From NCBI GenBank assembly GCA_963796965.1, contig CAWCNS010000007.1, positions 320,001-384,000 of the forward strand: DNA of 64,000 nucleotides, read 5' to 3'. The notes beneath the pieces are model-generated. The model did not search any database, had not been told where the DNA came from, and saw only the letters and a program-made list of their open reading frames with translations. The translations under genes and the position numbers were made by a program. The DNA comes from Calditrichia bacterium (GTDB taxonomy: Bacteria; Calditrichota; Calditrichia; JAJRVZ01). Below, one piece after another: positions 62,801 through 64,000 of this stretch. Every line of letters begins with the position of its first letter. The first letter of the stretch is position 1.

Positions 62801-64000
62801 CTATCTAATTAATATTAATTTTTTTATGTCTGTAAAACCGTTCTCCGTTACCATTCTATAAAAGTAAACGCCACTAGCGAAACCACTGGCATCCCATGTC
62901 ACTTGATAATTACCAGCCGGCTTATTCTCAGACACTAATGTCGCTACCTTTTGCCCAGTTAAATTAAAAATGCTCAGTTCAACATAATTGGTTATTGATA
63001 ATTGATAATTGATCATTGTTATGGGATTAAATGGATTTGGGTAATTCTGGTAAAGCACTATTTTAGAAGGATTAATATTATTCTTTTCAATTCCCGTATT
63101 TATCGAGCCATATTCAATGGCACCAAGGTCTGGTGCGGTGCCAATGTAATCAGATTCCAGGATATCGAGAACGGTTTGCCCCTGCCAGGAATAGGCTGCA
63201 GAACCGGCATCGATGGCTTCACTGCCTGTTGACAATTCATAGGTCGTGGTATTCTCAAATTTAGGATCAAAATAATATAAATTTGATCCCTGGCTAATAT
63301 CAGCATCATAATCAGAAGGGTTATTGTGAAAATCACAATAGTCTACTATGGCGTTATCATTCTCATTCGTAACATAGCCTGCCTCGTGCAATCCCCTTTG
63401 TTATACAGGATGAAAATATATTGTTTAGAATAACAAGATTTGGTGCCTGTGTTAGGCCATAATTACAGTTATCAAAAGTATTATTATAGATTGTTGCCTT
63501 TTCCTCCATATCTGAACCTTGATAATCTTCATTTGTCTCCGTATTATACATGCAACTGACACCGGAGCCCTGACAATTTTTGAATATATTGCCATAAATC
63601 TGAAATTCCCGGAAAGAGTCTTCGGGGTAATTTATTAACTGAATACCACTTTCACCAGGATTGATAAGTGTGTTATATCTAAAAATATGAGTCGTAAGTG
63701 GCGCTGATTTGGGTTGTAATCGGACCTCGATGCCATCCTGATGCGAATTGACTATCGTGTTATATTCGATGATCCAATTCCCGGAATTATCACAATCAAT
63801 GCCATCATCACCGGCACCTTCAAAATAACAGTATCCTACATAACCCCCGGCTGGTTGGTCTGACGATCCTTCAAAACTCAATTGATCTTTTCCGTCTATA
63901 AATTTACAGTGAATGATTTCCGTATAACTATTTGTTATGCCCATGGAATGTTCATCATTTCCTTCAATTCTTAAGCCAATAATTTTTGTATCTGTTGCCT
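62801..64000 (-). CDS. Beta-helix protein with a C-terminal secretion/sorting domain (5' end outside the window; indel near 63.39 kb)
   Basis: Paralogue of 52417-54335; ends in LYQNYPNPFNP...NLTGQKV..LV...WDASGFASGVYFY. Confidence 0.82.

Overview
An AT-rich bacterial chromosome segment, probably from the FCB superphylum (Calditrichota/Ignavibacteria-like; inferred from the 'YQNYPNPFNP' secretion-type C-terminal domain and the gene content). About 50 genes and one tRNA-Arg(CCT) are present, and all of them are on the minus strand except an IS110-family transposase. Positions 0-27.8 kb are housekeeping genes (csrA, carboxylase/hydratase, VapBC-like pair, eIF2B-like, cutA, pdxST, serA-like, engB, trxA, mobA, rlpA, cobB, apt, acyP, asnS, fbp, gpsA, plsY). 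Positions 28-48 kb are mixed: GH143-like, cstA/small protein/ArsA-like, purM, a sulfur/Met cluster, acyl-CoA ligase, phytase and a two-component pair. Positions 48-64 kb form a hexosamine-glycan degradation-like cluster interrupted by the IS. The best non-ORF signals are: (1) an unannotated 18-codon Met/Cys-rich leader peptide (MNKITSCMSKGMCMMFCY) with a terminator/antiterminator switch upstream of the metZ-osmC-yeeE/yedE cluster; (2) an IS1111-type element whose ends, CA core, circle-junction promoter and bridge/seek-RNA guide segments can be read from the sequence, and whose target guide matches a host intergenic repeat; (3) a dense set of nested, gene-less inverted-arm repeats in nearly every intergenic gap, including one composite of about 240 bp present twice. 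Beyond 22 kb, about 10 genes are split by single-base indels, most likely long-read consensus errors. All protein calls come from motif recognition, not database searches.
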